The notes under the pieces were generated by a model. That model worked only from the letters and a program-made list of their open reading frames with translations. It had not been told where the DNA came from and made no database searches. From positions 3,520,001 to 3,584,000 of the forward strand of contig CAXXMD010000003.1 in NCBI GenBank assembly GCA_963675755.2: 64,000 bases of DNA, written 5' to 3'. The translations under genes and the position numbers were made by a program. Source of the stretch: a bacterium (lineage in GTDB: Bacteria > Zhuqueibacterota > Zhuqueibacteria > Residuimicrobiales > Krinioviventaceae). Of the stretch, positions 19,774-29,667 are shown piece by piece (positions within the stretch are counted from its first letter, which is position 1; every line of letters starts with the position of its first letter).

Positions 19774-20154
19774 TTGACATTTACACCAGACCCTAACAGA
19801 AATATTTATTACATTTGTATGTATCTAATTGGTGGAAATTATTACATCGTTTCAAAGGATGATAAAATTGTTATAAGTAAATCAAAGGAAGAAGCATTAG
19901 CTCCCTTTGAAAAACTCTCTGAGCCAGGTTCTGAACATAGGGAGGCAATTCTTGAATTAAAACCACGTATCGTCGAATTTGACATAAATACTGATGTTAA
20001 ACCTTCAGAACTAGTTACTGGAGAGAAATTATTTGCTCCGTTTAAAGTAAAAACGCTTACACTACCTTATGATCTATTTAAAACAACAGAGTTGGGTAAA
20101 GAGTTGTATGAATCAGGAACAATACCAATGGGGATTGCTAATAGCCTGAATTAA
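19774..20154 (+). CDS. Hypothetical protein
   Basis: AGGAG RBS before TTG 19774, in frame with ORF 19711-20154; no family recognised. Confidence 0.55.
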   Translation: MTFTPDPNRNIYYICMYLIGGNYYIVSKDDKIVISKSKEEALAPFEKLSEPGSEHREAILELKPRIVEFDINTDVKPSELVTGEKLFAPFKVKTLTLPYDLFKTTELGKELYESGTIPMGIANSLN

Positions 20155-20182
20155 AAAAAATATAAAAAAATCTATATGTGTT

Positions 20183-20295
20183 ACATACTGGGGTAGCTTT
20201 GAAAAATGGTACCTCTTTTCCTCATAATTAATTAGCTTGAGATCTTTTCTGGGTTGATTTATGGGGGGTGGGTTATGGAACCTAAATTCTAAAGA
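20183..20295 (+). repeat. Imperfect direct repeat, copy 1 (partner 26440-26535)
   Basis: Box A CTTTGAAAAA(T)GGTACC; box B ATTTATGGGGGG-N5-TATGGAACCTAAATTCTAAAGA. Confidence 0.85.
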
Positions 20296-20315
20296 ATAAT
20301 AGAACGAGAAAATCC

Positions 20316-20423
20316 GGATTTTATATTAAATACATCGTAATGAGCATCGGAGTATCTGAAGCTACGGTTAGAAAATGGATCAGTGGGACTAGATTGGAGC
20401 TGGATAAGTATTTTGGAATTTAA
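20316..20423 (+). pseudogene. Helix-turn-helix gene relic
   Basis: Reads GFYIKYIVMSIGVSEATVRKWISGTRLELDKYFGI*, an HTH recognition-helix pattern; no intact 5' part. Confidence 0.4.
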
Positions 20424-20821
20424 GAGAGCACTACGCTTTCTTTTCTTATACCGAGAAATTTATGATTTATTGTATTGTAATTTTTCAACAATAGGAGAAG
20501 TTGAATATTTGAAATTTGCATGTGGGCTACAGAAGTATATGTTCAATAAAATGTGAGAAATTTTAAAATTGATTGTTTTAATTTTTTACTTGCAATAAAA
20601 AATAATTTTTATAAATTATAACTAATTATTCGAATAATTTAATTATTTTTGCGACATTTTTTTATTTAAATTGTGAAATTAGAAAAATTATTCCGAGAAA
20701 TGGGGATTAGTATAGAAGAAGAGGGAACTGGGGCTAATCAAATATTTCAAGATTATACCTTTCTTTCATCATATTTTTTCTTTTTTCTTGATAAAATCAG
20801 CAAATTTTATTGGAGATGATT

Positions 20822-23800
20822 ATGAAAAAGGCATTTTTTATTCTATCAATTTTATTATTTTGGAATTTAACTTTTGCAACACATCCCAAATTATTGTTTG
20901 ATTCTTCTGATTATTCAACTATTTGGTCAACAATTAATAATCCAAGCCATACTAATCTCAAAGGATATTATGATTATCTTAAAGATGAAGCTTATTCAAA
21001 TAGAACAGATACTTATACAGCAACCTCGTCAAGAATTCAAATGCATTGGGCTTCAGACTTAGCATTTATTTCATTAATTGATGAAGCCGAATCATCAACA
21101 TATTTGGATAATTGTAAAACTGAAGCAATTAGGTCGATAGATTCTATTTATAGTCATGCCACATCAATAAGCACAGGTAATTTAGCACAAGCTTCTGCAT
21201 TAATGCATATGTCATTGGTTTATGACATGCTTTATAATGTAATGAATAGCACTGAAAGATATAATGCTGCTACAAAAATAAAACAACTTATTGATAATTT
21301 GATAAATGAATATTATGATATTTCACCAGTTGTTCCAAATGCTTTCACAAAAAGATCAAATAAGACATTTTATGGGAACAACCATCAAGTTCATGTTGCT
21401 TGTGCAGTTGGAATTGGCGCTATTGCGATAAAAGGTGACAATTTGGATGCAAGTACTGTATTCAGTATGTCAAATGCTGAACGCTATATAGATGTTGCAT
21501 ATGATTGGGTTACTTTATTAGATGAGAACTTGTTTGCAACTGATGGTAGCAATTTTGAAGGGATCTCTTATGGTCTTTTTAGTATACAACCCATGATTGC
21601 CTTTTATGAGATATTAGATAGATGTGAGAATATAGATTGTTTCAACGATACAAATTTAAAAAATTCCATTGAATGGATAGTTAATGAACTTTTACCTGTC
21701 CCAGCTGCAAATTCTTCAGTTTCAGTATCATTATTTGATTATAATAATGGTAATGCTACTTACAATTGCAACGTTATACCATATAGCGGTTATACAAACA
21801 AATATCATGGGGCAGCATCCAGATCTATCAGTATTTATGCAGTATTGGGTGGTGTATTTGATAGTATAACAAATCATTCAGAAGCAGGTACGTGGCTCTT
21901 TAATGAAAATTTTGAAACAATTGATACATATGATTCTACAAATGGAATTGATAATTATTTTGGACCTATTAATATTATGGCTTTTACAAAATATAATCAT
22001 AGTACTACATCTTTGAATAGTATCAGTGGATTAAATTGCAAAGCTTTCTACCAAGGGAGAGGATTGGTAGTGCGTGATGGTTACAATACCGACGGTACAT
22101 TGTTTATTTTTGACACAAATTATTATTCAAATAAAAACTTGACGGATCCAAGTGATTTGGATAGTTGTTGCGTTAGATGGGATGAAGATGATAATAATTC
22201 ATTTACATTTTATTCTTTTGGGGATAGATGGGTAATTGATAATGGTAGAATGAAAGATGCTCCAAACTACGAAGAAGAAAAGAGTGACTATCATAATACG
22301 GTTTTAGTTGATGGAAACACAAAACCTTATGTGAATAATAATGATTTACAAGTATCAAATTGGTATGACTATCATTATACTAATGGCATTAATTATATTA
22401 CGAGTGATATAACTGATGCGTGGTTGAAAAAAATTAGACCTCTTGTACCCTATGATGGGATTGGTGAAGAAATTATATTTAACACAGATGCTGCATATTC
22501 AACAGTACAAAAGTATACAACATTTAATAAAGATAGACGACATGCACAATTTATTGAAGAAGCTGGTAATATTCCTCCTTATGTAATCATTTATGATGAT
22601 ATTGAACAAGGTATTAGTACTAGTAGAGATTATACATTTGTTTTAAATACTGGTGCAAATAATACTGTAAGTTTTAACTCGACATCAAGAGTTGCAACGA
22701 TATCAAATGCTTCAAGTGGAAATGAAATGAATGTACATTACTTTCCACGTCCGACATCAGATTTTTTATATACTACAGATACTATTAATCCTGATTGGGA
22801 CGATTCACATACGAGAATCAAATATACTGTTGAAGATGTAACTAATCCTCATTTTCATGTTATACTTATTCCTGAACAGTCAACCACAGCTACACCTAGT
22901 GTTTCGATTGACAATATTTCTACAAATAATGCAAGTATCGCAGAAATTGAATTTGCCTCTGAGGATATTGTTGATTACAGTATGTTTAATTATGAACAGA
23001 ATGTTTCAGGTACATTCAATAGTTCTGACTTTTCATTACTTGGCCACTCTGCTCCTTTAACAAGTGCCACAACAATAACAGGAGTGATGGGTTATTGTAG
23101 ACAAAACACTTCTACTGGGGAATATACAGATATTTTTCTCAGTAGAGGTTCTTATTTAGAAATGAATGATACTGAATTAGTTAATGTAGGAGGTGTAATA
23201 TCGGGTAGTGACATAAAAACAGCAAGGGTGATTTTAAATGATGATGAAATAAATATTTACAAAGAAGCAACACAAACAGGTCGTAAAAGCTATAAAATCT
23301 ATGGACCAGATGTGTCTGAATTTAAAATTTATGATCAATCAGTGAATTTCACTAATTTTAATGATTATAATTATTATAAAAGTTCAGATGTTTTATCAAA
23401 TTACTACTATTATAAAGTCAGTAATTCACAATATAGAATCTACTGGAGTTGTGATGAGACTCACGATTTAACAATATATTCTTGGAGAACAAGCTCACCA
23501 AATACAATTAATACAACTCAATTGACAGCTCAGTCAGCTGGTATCAAAACTTATACTTTGAATACAACATCAGCAACAGATTGGAACTTTAGAATAGAAG
23601 CCAAAATGACTTCTGACAATTTTATTAATATAAGCGAACCTTTAAATGGTAATATTCGGGGAACAATAACATCAAATACTACTTGGGATGGTTATTACTT
23701 AATTGATGGTGATTTAACAGTCAATTCAGGTGTTACTTTGACGATTGAAGATGGATCAATAATCAATTTCTACACTGGTGATGCAATATCTAGCGGTAGA

Positions 23801-25348
23801 GATTTGTACAAAACTGAGCTTATTATAAATGGGGTTCTAAACGCAAGTGGGTCAACGTTTAGATCTTATAATAATACAACCAATGGTTGGTATGGTATTT
23901 GTTTTGAACAAGCACAAGACAACTGTATTATTAACAATTGTGACATTGAACGATCATATCGGGGTACTTTAGTAAACGATTGCAATCCAACAATTAGTAA
24001 TAACCATTTTAACAATAATCAAATGTCAGCAAGAATTATTGGTGGCACAGGTGAATTTAGTGGCAATTTAATAGAGAATGGTAGTTATTCTTTTTACATA
24101 ACTGGATCAATAACCAGTGGCTATTCATTGATTGATGATAATAAATTACATGCCTTAACTGCAATTTATGCAGCTTCAGATACATATGTTTGGGCAAGTA
24201 ATAATCAATTCATGGGACATAATAGTTGTTCAAATATAATGTATATTACAGGAAGTGGAACATGGGTAAGAGCTTACAATGATAGTTATGGTGGAAATGA
24301 ATTTGATGATAATTATAGTTATTATATTTGTAAAGTTATATCTGGAACTGCAGACATTGAATATAATAATATAGGAAATAAAGGCACTACTTCAGGGGAT
24401 TGGATGTATAATTCTGGCGGTACATTAAATGCAGAATATAACTATTGGAATGGTTTAACACCTTCTTCGAGTGATTTTTATGGAACTGTTGATTATAGTC
24501 CTTTTCGCACAGTACCATGGAGCACTGCAGGGCCTTCTTGGAAAAAAACAACTTCACCATTTTTACAATTTTTGAGTCAAGGATTAGATTTCGATTTAGA
24601 AGAAGCAAAAGAAGTGTTACTAGATAATGTTGATTATAAGAGTGCACCTCAATTTTTGTTATTACTTACAAAAGCATCTCTAAAAAATAGAGATTTATCT
24701 ATAGTTGAGTTTTTGGATGAGTTGTCAACAAAAGTTATATCTAAAAAAATGTCTCAGTCATTATTGAAAGCTAAAATGAACATTTATATTTTTAATGATA
24801 AATTAGTAGATGCTGAAAGTATTGTAAACCAAACTGAAAAAAATTCAAAAGAAGAAAATGCATTATTGCTTGATCTTGTTTGGGAATATGCAGTACGAGA
24901 GGATAATGGCTCAAAGGATAGAATAATTGAAAAATTAAAAAAACAAAATGACGAAGAAATAAACGATATTATTGATATATTGCTTGAAAATGTTCAAGAT
25001 GACATATATTCAAGAAAAAATAATAAATTAAATAAGAATATGGATTTTAATAATTTAATAGTTAAAAATCCTTCTACATTTATGATAAATGCTTATCCAA
25101 ATCCATTTAATCCAAGTACAACTATTAATTATAATGTTGCATCAAAAAGTTTTGTAACAATAAAAATATATAATTTACTGGGTAAAGAAATTAAGCATCT
25201 TTATCAAGGAGAAAGAGAACAAGGAAATTACACTATAATCTGGGATGGTAAGAGTAATAATGGTAATAGTATATCTTCTGGTATTTATATTGTTAAATTT
25301 ATTAGTGGTGAAAATGTTCTAACAAAAAAAATCACATTGTTAAAATAA
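20822..25348 (+). CDS. Large secreted protein: heparinase II/III-like N-terminal region, beta-helix repeats, C-terminal FlgD-Ig/T9SS-type sorting domain
   Basis: Signal peptide, HPKLLF, NNHQ, DGSNFEGISYG, HNTVLVDG, C-terminal AYPNPFNPST..IYNLLG..WDG..SGIY; very AT-rich. Confidence 0.75.
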   Translation: MKKAFFILSILLFWNLTFATHPKLLFDSSDYSTIWSTINNPSHTNLKGYYDYLKDEAYSNRTDTYTATSSRIQMHWASDLAFISLIDEAESSTYLDNCKTEAIRSIDSIYSHATSISTGNLAQASALMHMSLVYDMLYNVMNSTERYNAATKIKQLIDNLINEYYDISPVVPNAFTKRSNKTFYGNNHQVHVACAVGIGAIAIKGDNLDASTVFSMSNAERYIDVAYDWVTLLDENLFATDGSNFEGISYGLFSIQPMIAFYEILDRCENIDCFNDTNLKNSIEWIVNELLPVPAANSSVSVSLFDYNNGNATYNCNVIPYSGYTNKYHGAASRSISIYAVLGGVFDSITNHSEAGTWLFNENFETIDTYDSTNGIDNYFGPINIMAFTKYNHSTTSLNSISGLNCKAFYQGRGLVVRDGYNTDGTLFIFDTNYYSNKNLTDPSDLDSCCVRWDEDDNNSFTFYSFGDRWVIDNGRMKDAPNYEEEKSDYHNTVLVDGNTKPYVNNNDLQVSNWYDYHYTNGINYITSDITDAWLKKIRPLVPYDGIGEEIIFNTDAAYSTVQKYTTFNKDRRHAQFIEEAGNIPPYVIIYDDIEQGISTSRDYTFVLNTGANNTVSFNSTSRVATISNASSGNEMNVHYFPRPTSDFLYTTDTINPDWDDSHTRIKYTVEDVTNPHFHVILIPEQSTTATPSVSIDNISTNNASIAEIEFASEDIVDYSMFNYEQNVSGTFNSSDFSLLGHSAPLTSATTITGVMGYCRQNTSTGEYTDIFLSRGSYLEMNDTELVNVGGVISGSDIKTARVILNDDEINIYKEATQTGRKSYKIYGPDVSEFKIYDQSVNFTNFNDYNYYKSSDVLSNYYYYKVSNSQYRIYWSCDETHDLTIYSWRTSSPNTINTTQLTAQSAGIKTYTLNTTSATDWNFRIEAKMTSDNFINISEPLNGNIRGTITSNTTWDGYYLIDGDLTVNSGVTLTIEDGSIINFYTGDAISSGRDLYKTELIINGVLNASGSTFRSYNNTTNGWYGICFEQAQDNCIINNCDIERSYRGTLVNDCNPTISNNHFNNNQMSARIIGGTGEFSGNLIENGSYSFYITGSITSGYSLIDDNKLHALTAIYAASDTYVWASNNQFMGHNSCSNIMYITGSGTWVRAYNDSYGGNEFDDNYSYYICKVISGTADIEYNNIGNKGTTSGDWMYNSGGTLNAEYNYWNGLTPSSSDFYGTVDYSPFRTVPWSTAGPSWKKTTSPFLQFLSQGLDFDLEEAKEVLLDNVDYKSAPQFLLLLTKASLKNRDLSIVEFLDELSTKVISKKMSQSLLKAKMNIYIFNDKLVDAESIVNQTEKNSKEENALLLDLVWEYAVREDNGSKDRIIEKLKKQNDEEINDIIDILLENVQDDIYSRKNNKLNKNMDFNNLIVKNPSTFMINAYPNPFNPSTTINYNVASKSFVTIKIYNLLGKEIKHLYQGEREQGNYTIIWDGKSNNGNSISSGIYIVKFISGENVLTKKITLLK

Positions 25349-25361
25349 CTGTTGATCTTCC

Positions 25362-25394
25362 ATCAAGAGTTGCATATTTAATGCAACTCTTGAT
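25362..25394 (+). terminator. Stem-loop / probable terminator
   Basis: Perfect 14-bp inverted repeat ATCAAGAGTTGCAT-ATTTA-ATGCAACTCTTGAT just after the stop codon. Confidence 0.65.
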
Positions 25395-25469
25395 TATATT
25401 TTCTTATAACGATATTATATAGTTTGAATTTTGAGTATTTTCTTTAAATTATAAAATATATTTTATTTA

Positions 25470-26324
25470 TTGAAAAGGGATGAGATGACTAAACTATTGA
25501 GAAGTATAGACCAATACATAAGTAATTCAAAGAAAATACTCAATTCATATAATAATCCTTTGAAAAGAAAAGAAAATTTACAATTAAAAGACGAGTTAGA
25601 AATTGAATTCTATGATACTGAGGCAAATATTCATTTAAAAGAATTTGATGAAGAATTGTACAAGTATGATGAAAATGAAAAATTCCCACTAAGTCATCAA
25701 TATTTTTATAATCAAATGAAAGATGTTAATGGTAAAAATATTTTAGATATTGGCTGTGGTTATGGATTCACTTCAGTAAAGTTGGCAAAAAATGGTGGAG
25801 TTGTTACAAGTATTGATATTTCTCCGAAAATGATCGAGCTTGCAAAAAAGAATGCAGAGTTTAATGATGTAGGTGGATCTATAACTTTTACGCTTATGTC
25901 AGCACAAGATATGAAGTTTGATGATGAATCATTTGACTATGTTGTAGGATTTGGTGTATTGCATCATTTGAATTTAGAACTATCTAAAAAAGAAATTCAT
26001 AGAGTATTAAAACCAAATGGGAAAGCTATGTTTATTGAACCAAGGATTCCATTAAAATTTTTAATTTTTATTAGAAGCTTGTTTCCCAATAAATGTTTAG
26101 AATCTCCAGGTGGCTCACAATTAACAGATAAAGAAATTAACTATTTTGGTTCAAATTTTAAAAAAATAAATATAAATTATTTTTTATTCCTAAAAAAATT
26201 AACACGATTTCCTTTTTTAAAAAAATATGATTCATTTCTCGATGATCTGGATGTAAAGTTAGTAAAAAAAATTCCAATAATGAAAAAACTGTATTGGGCA
26301 TTTGTATTAGAATTTGAAAAGTAA
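25470..26324 (+). CDS. Class I SAM-dependent methyltransferase (start uncertain)
   Basis: ILDIGCGYG, SIDISPKMI, FDYVV..VLHH, RVLKPNG. Confidence 0.88.
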   Translation: MKRDEMTKLLRSIDQYISNSKKILNSYNNPLKRKENLQLKDELEIEFYDTEANIHLKEFDEELYKYDENEKFPLSHQYFYNQMKDVNGKNILDIGCGYGFTSVKLAKNGGVVTSIDISPKMIELAKKNAEFNDVGGSITFTLMSAQDMKFDDESFDYVVGFGVLHHLNLELSKKEIHRVLKPNGKAMFIEPRIPLKFLIFIRSLFPNKCLESPGGSQLTDKEINYFGSNFKKININYFLFLKKLTRFPFLKKYDSFLDDLDVKLVKKIPIMKKLYWAFVLEFEK

Positions 26325-26439
26325 AAATTTATAAGTATTAAATTGACCTTTGCTTAAAGATCAATTCAAGTATCAAACTCGTTTATTGCGAAGTGTTTTT
26401 TTTAAATCCCCAGTTTCTACAAAAACAACAAAATCCCCA

Positions 26440-26535
26440 ACATACCGGGGGGCCCCTTTGAAAAAGGGTACCCCCATTTGATCTCGTTACCTGGTAATTT
26501 ATGGGGGGCTATGTATGGAACCTAAATTCTAAAGA
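26440..26535 (+). repeat. Imperfect direct repeat, copy 2 (partner 20183-20295)
   Basis: GGGGGGCCCCTTTGAAAAAGGGTACCCCC, then ATTTATGGGGGG-N5-TATGGAACCTAAATTCTAAAGA; box B is 34/39 identical to copy 1 at an offset of 6240 bp. Confidence 0.85.
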
Positions 26536-26855
26536 TTTTCAACCAATCCGGAAACTACGATGTGTTTATAATAAGATGCATCTACAGTTCCTTGTATAAT
26601 TCCCTGAGCAACAGGGAGTGACAAGTCGGTAATCACGCGTTTCCAATTGAATTTATAAGATAGATACCGGACGACATCGGGTGTTACCCAGTAACCAAAG
26701 TCTTTGGATAGCCATTCGGCAGCTTTATACATTCCATTATTTTCACACCATATTTCATATAAGCGATGTTCGCCGTAGTACTCTATCAGCTTATGAGTCA
26801 TCGAGTATGAGGTGTCTCTGGGTTTTCTGGTACTTGGATAATTATGCTTTTTCAT
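26529..26855 (-). CDS. Hypothetical protein, possibly HTH
   Basis: GGAGG RBS before ATG 26855 (MKKHNY..); KAAEWLSKDFGYWVTPDVVRYL looks HTH-like; stop codon lies inside the repeat. Confidence 0.65.
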   Translation of the reverse strand: MKKHNYPSTRKPRDTSYSMTHKLIEYYGEHRLYEIWCENNGMYKAAEWLSKDFGYWVTPDVVRYLSYKFNWKRVITDLSLPVAQGIIQGTVDASYYKHIVVSGLVENL

Positions 26856-27282
26856 TTGGTTCCTCCATCGTTGATGGCAATTCAACACCGTAGTAGTTAA
26901 ATTCTTCTCTTGTTAAGCGATCCTTAAGAAAACCTGCAGCCCAGGACGCGACCTCGTAGAGATTGACATTCAGTTTCAATTTATTTACATCATCAAAGTT
27001 GCCTATTTTTTTGTTTATCTTTTTATATTCTTCACTTGAAGTGAAATATAAATGTAATCGCCTTGTTTCCGGAGTATTGAGGTTTAGTCTCTTACCTAAA
27101 TCTCTAAATTTAGGACCGTTCCATCGCTTGCTGTCTAATATCTCCATGTCAGTTACCCATAGACCGTAGCCCAATTTTCTATTCTCTTCTATTCGGTTTA
27201 GTATTAATCTGAAAATCCTTGAATCTTTTTCATCAAGTTCTTTATATATCTTTGCTATTCTTATTAATGACGTTCTGTCCAT
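26842..27282 (-). CDS. Hypothetical protein (146 aa)
   Basis: GAGG RBS; overlaps the start of the next gene. Confidence 0.65.
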   Translation of the reverse strand: MDRTSLIRIAKIYKELDEKDSRIFRLILNRIEENRKLGYGLWVTDMEILDSKRWNGPKFRDLGKRLNLNTPETRRLHLYFTSSEEYKKINKKIGNFDDVNKLKLNVNLYEVASWAAGFLKDRLTREEFNYYGVELPSTMEEPNEKA

Positions 27283-27299
27283 ATTAAATACCTCATAGG

Positions 27300-27607
27300 T
27301 GGTTTAAAGTTTTAGTTTTTTTGTTTATCTGGCTGTTACCAGGTTTATTTGTTTTTTCATTTTTTTAATTTTGGTTATTTAATAACTATGTTTTTTATTA
27401 TGCTACGCAAAAATTGGCCACCGTGCCACCAAAACCATGTGTTTTTTTAAACTTTTAGTCTGGACTAAAAGTTGTATATTTTTACAAACTCCTCAATATA
27501 CTTTTCAAAAAATACTTGGCACCGTGGCACACCAGCCTATAACCCGTTTAATTACACATCCTTAAAAGGGGCCACCTGTTGATTTTGACCCGTGGCCCCC
27601 GTGGCAC
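27300..27607. other. Putative replication origin: GCCAC iterons in both orientations plus AT-rich tracts
   Basis: TGGCCACCGTGCCACC (27415), TGGCACCGTGGCAC (27517), GGGCCACC (27569), CCCGTGGCCCCCGTGGCAC (27589) at the 3' end of the primase-helicase. Confidence 0.55.
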
Positions 27608-29667
27608 TTTTTACTACGTATTGTGGGTCGATAATCTGGTAGTAAGTATACCTCATCGATCCTTTCTTTACTCTTCCACCATCTTCGATGATCCCCCGTT
27701 TTTTGAGGTTCTTTATCATCGCATTTGGATGCACTCCATTGGTAGCAAACTTTTGTATCAAAGAAAAAACAAGTTTACCCTCTTCGAACAATTCTATCTC
27801 TTCACTGGATGGATTTTTATAATCCCCAAACCAGTCATATATTCTATTATGTTTTTCATGATAATAGTTATAAATCTTTTCCATTACGTAGTCTGTACTG
27901 GCTTCGATGTTGGTCACATTGGATTCAAACAGTTCTTTTTCATATTTTGTAATTGGAACTTCGATGCCGTATCTGGTGTAATTTTTATCAATTTTATCAA
28001 AAACATCTTTGAGTTCTGTTCGAATATAATGTCCAAGTCTCTTTTTCAGCTTTGTAGAAAATGTCCCGTCCCGTTTGACTTTCACGTCCGGCAACTTCCA
28101 CACAAAAAATTGGTTATTAGACCTCATCAGTCGGAAGTTCTGTCTTTTCTACAAAGAGCGGTATCGATTCATTGGATATTAAAATAATATTTAGATTATT
28201 TCTCACCTGGTATTCAGGTTGATATTTTTTATTAACTAGCAGATATTTTTGCCCCGAATACTTTTTAAGAATTTTATACTGAGACTTTTCATTTAACTCA
28301 TTCTCTTCGATGACTGCGAGTTTCTTTTCAGCTTCCGGAGTAAAACTCCCTACGTCACCACGCCAATCGATGTATAAATTGGGAAAGATTGCTCTTACCA
28401 TCTCAGCAAACGTGGTTTTTGATGTACCCCTTGGACCATGTAATATCATCGTAGGTAGCTGGATGTAATTCGTGTATACATACATCGCGAGATATTTTTT
28501 TATAAAGTCTACATGTTTGCCAAAAGTCCGGGAAAGATAGTCATCGATGAAAGCATTGTCCTGAATATCAACCGGCAACGCTGCCTACGGATACTTTTAT
28601 CACGCCATCGTTCAAGTTGACATTATACTGGTCTTTCTCGATGGCTACATCACCTACGTAGTCTACTCTTGCTAGATTTGACAACCTTTTGTTTTCCACG
28701 ATGTATCGTAGTGCGTTTTCCTGCTTTTTCTGATCATTCGCACCAACTAATATATAATAAGCATCTCGTGACGTCTTTGTAGCGTAGAATACACTTTCAT
28801 TGACTCCAAATTCTACGATGTCCCTTTCCGTAGAAATAAAAATCATCTACGACATCGGCTAACCTGATTTCAAAGTTTGAAACATCAGACCCATCCTACG
28901 GAGTCACACGATGAGCAGTAAATCATGTGTTTATCTTGATCTTTTACATAGTCGATGAAAGCCGATGGAGTGTTATCCTCGTGTTCCGGCTTCGGACAGT
29001 AACAAGGTTTTTTAGAAGTAATTTCTGATGCAGTGATACTCTTGCCATTGGCAAGTGTAATCTCCATCGATGGATCAAATTCCCAGTAATTCCGATGGAT
29101 CTTTTTGGAAATTTCTTTTAGGTTCCATGAAGTTTTTATTTCATCTACGTCGAGATAATTGTTATCCAGATTGGAAACACAGATTGAATCATTAGGACTT
29201 GCAAAATAAAACCTGGCCAGATCTCTGGTGCTGGAGTCAATTGAGGGAAAGATTGCAGCAAAGTATCCAAATACAGCTTGATATTTTTCTTTACTTTTTA
29301 GCGGTTTATTAAAAGGTACGATGATGTGGAATCTATCGATAGCGGGTTTATCTTTTTTTACAACTTGGTGAGATTTTGATGTAATCATTACATAGTTTAA
29401 ACCAAGGGAATCGAGTTTATCCTTTGCATCATCGATGGTCAATCCATCATCGATGTCAACGATGTATCCCGAGGCAGATTCAAAATTTTCTGATTTGCGA
29501 TATCTGTTATATATGTCGGTACTATCATCTGTTTTCCAGTTAATTAAACTGTAATTGTGAGACTTTAGTATTTCTTCCAGATTGTTGACTTTAACATTTT
29601 CTGATTTAAATTTAGTTGCTAGACTTGCGTCCTGAGTGGCAGGGGCAATTGAAATTTGTAGATTCAT
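27552..29667 (-). pseudogene. AEP-type primase + Zn finger + SF3/D5-like helicase, split by four +1 frameshifts (about 703 aa if repaired)
   Basis: VDIDDG, TSKSH, RFHIIVPF, DSSTRDLARFYF; CPKPEHEDNTPS..CSSC; HGPRGTSKTTF Walker A, VIEE, ILISN. The 2116-nt span minus 4 nt gives 704 codons. Confidence 0.8.

Noticed and set aside
14853-20154. Integron cassette array
   Set aside because: Genes are co-oriented, but the gaps are very short and show no attC-like inverted repeats; no integron integrase.
26447-26475. Firm call as a phage cos/pac site
   Set aside because: The G/C runs look like packaging regions, but there is no terminase or HNH gene in the window; kept only as one hypothesis.
27579-28187. 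202-aa plus-strand ORF
   Set aside because: Antisense shadow of the helicase C-terminal fragment, with no recognisable motifs.
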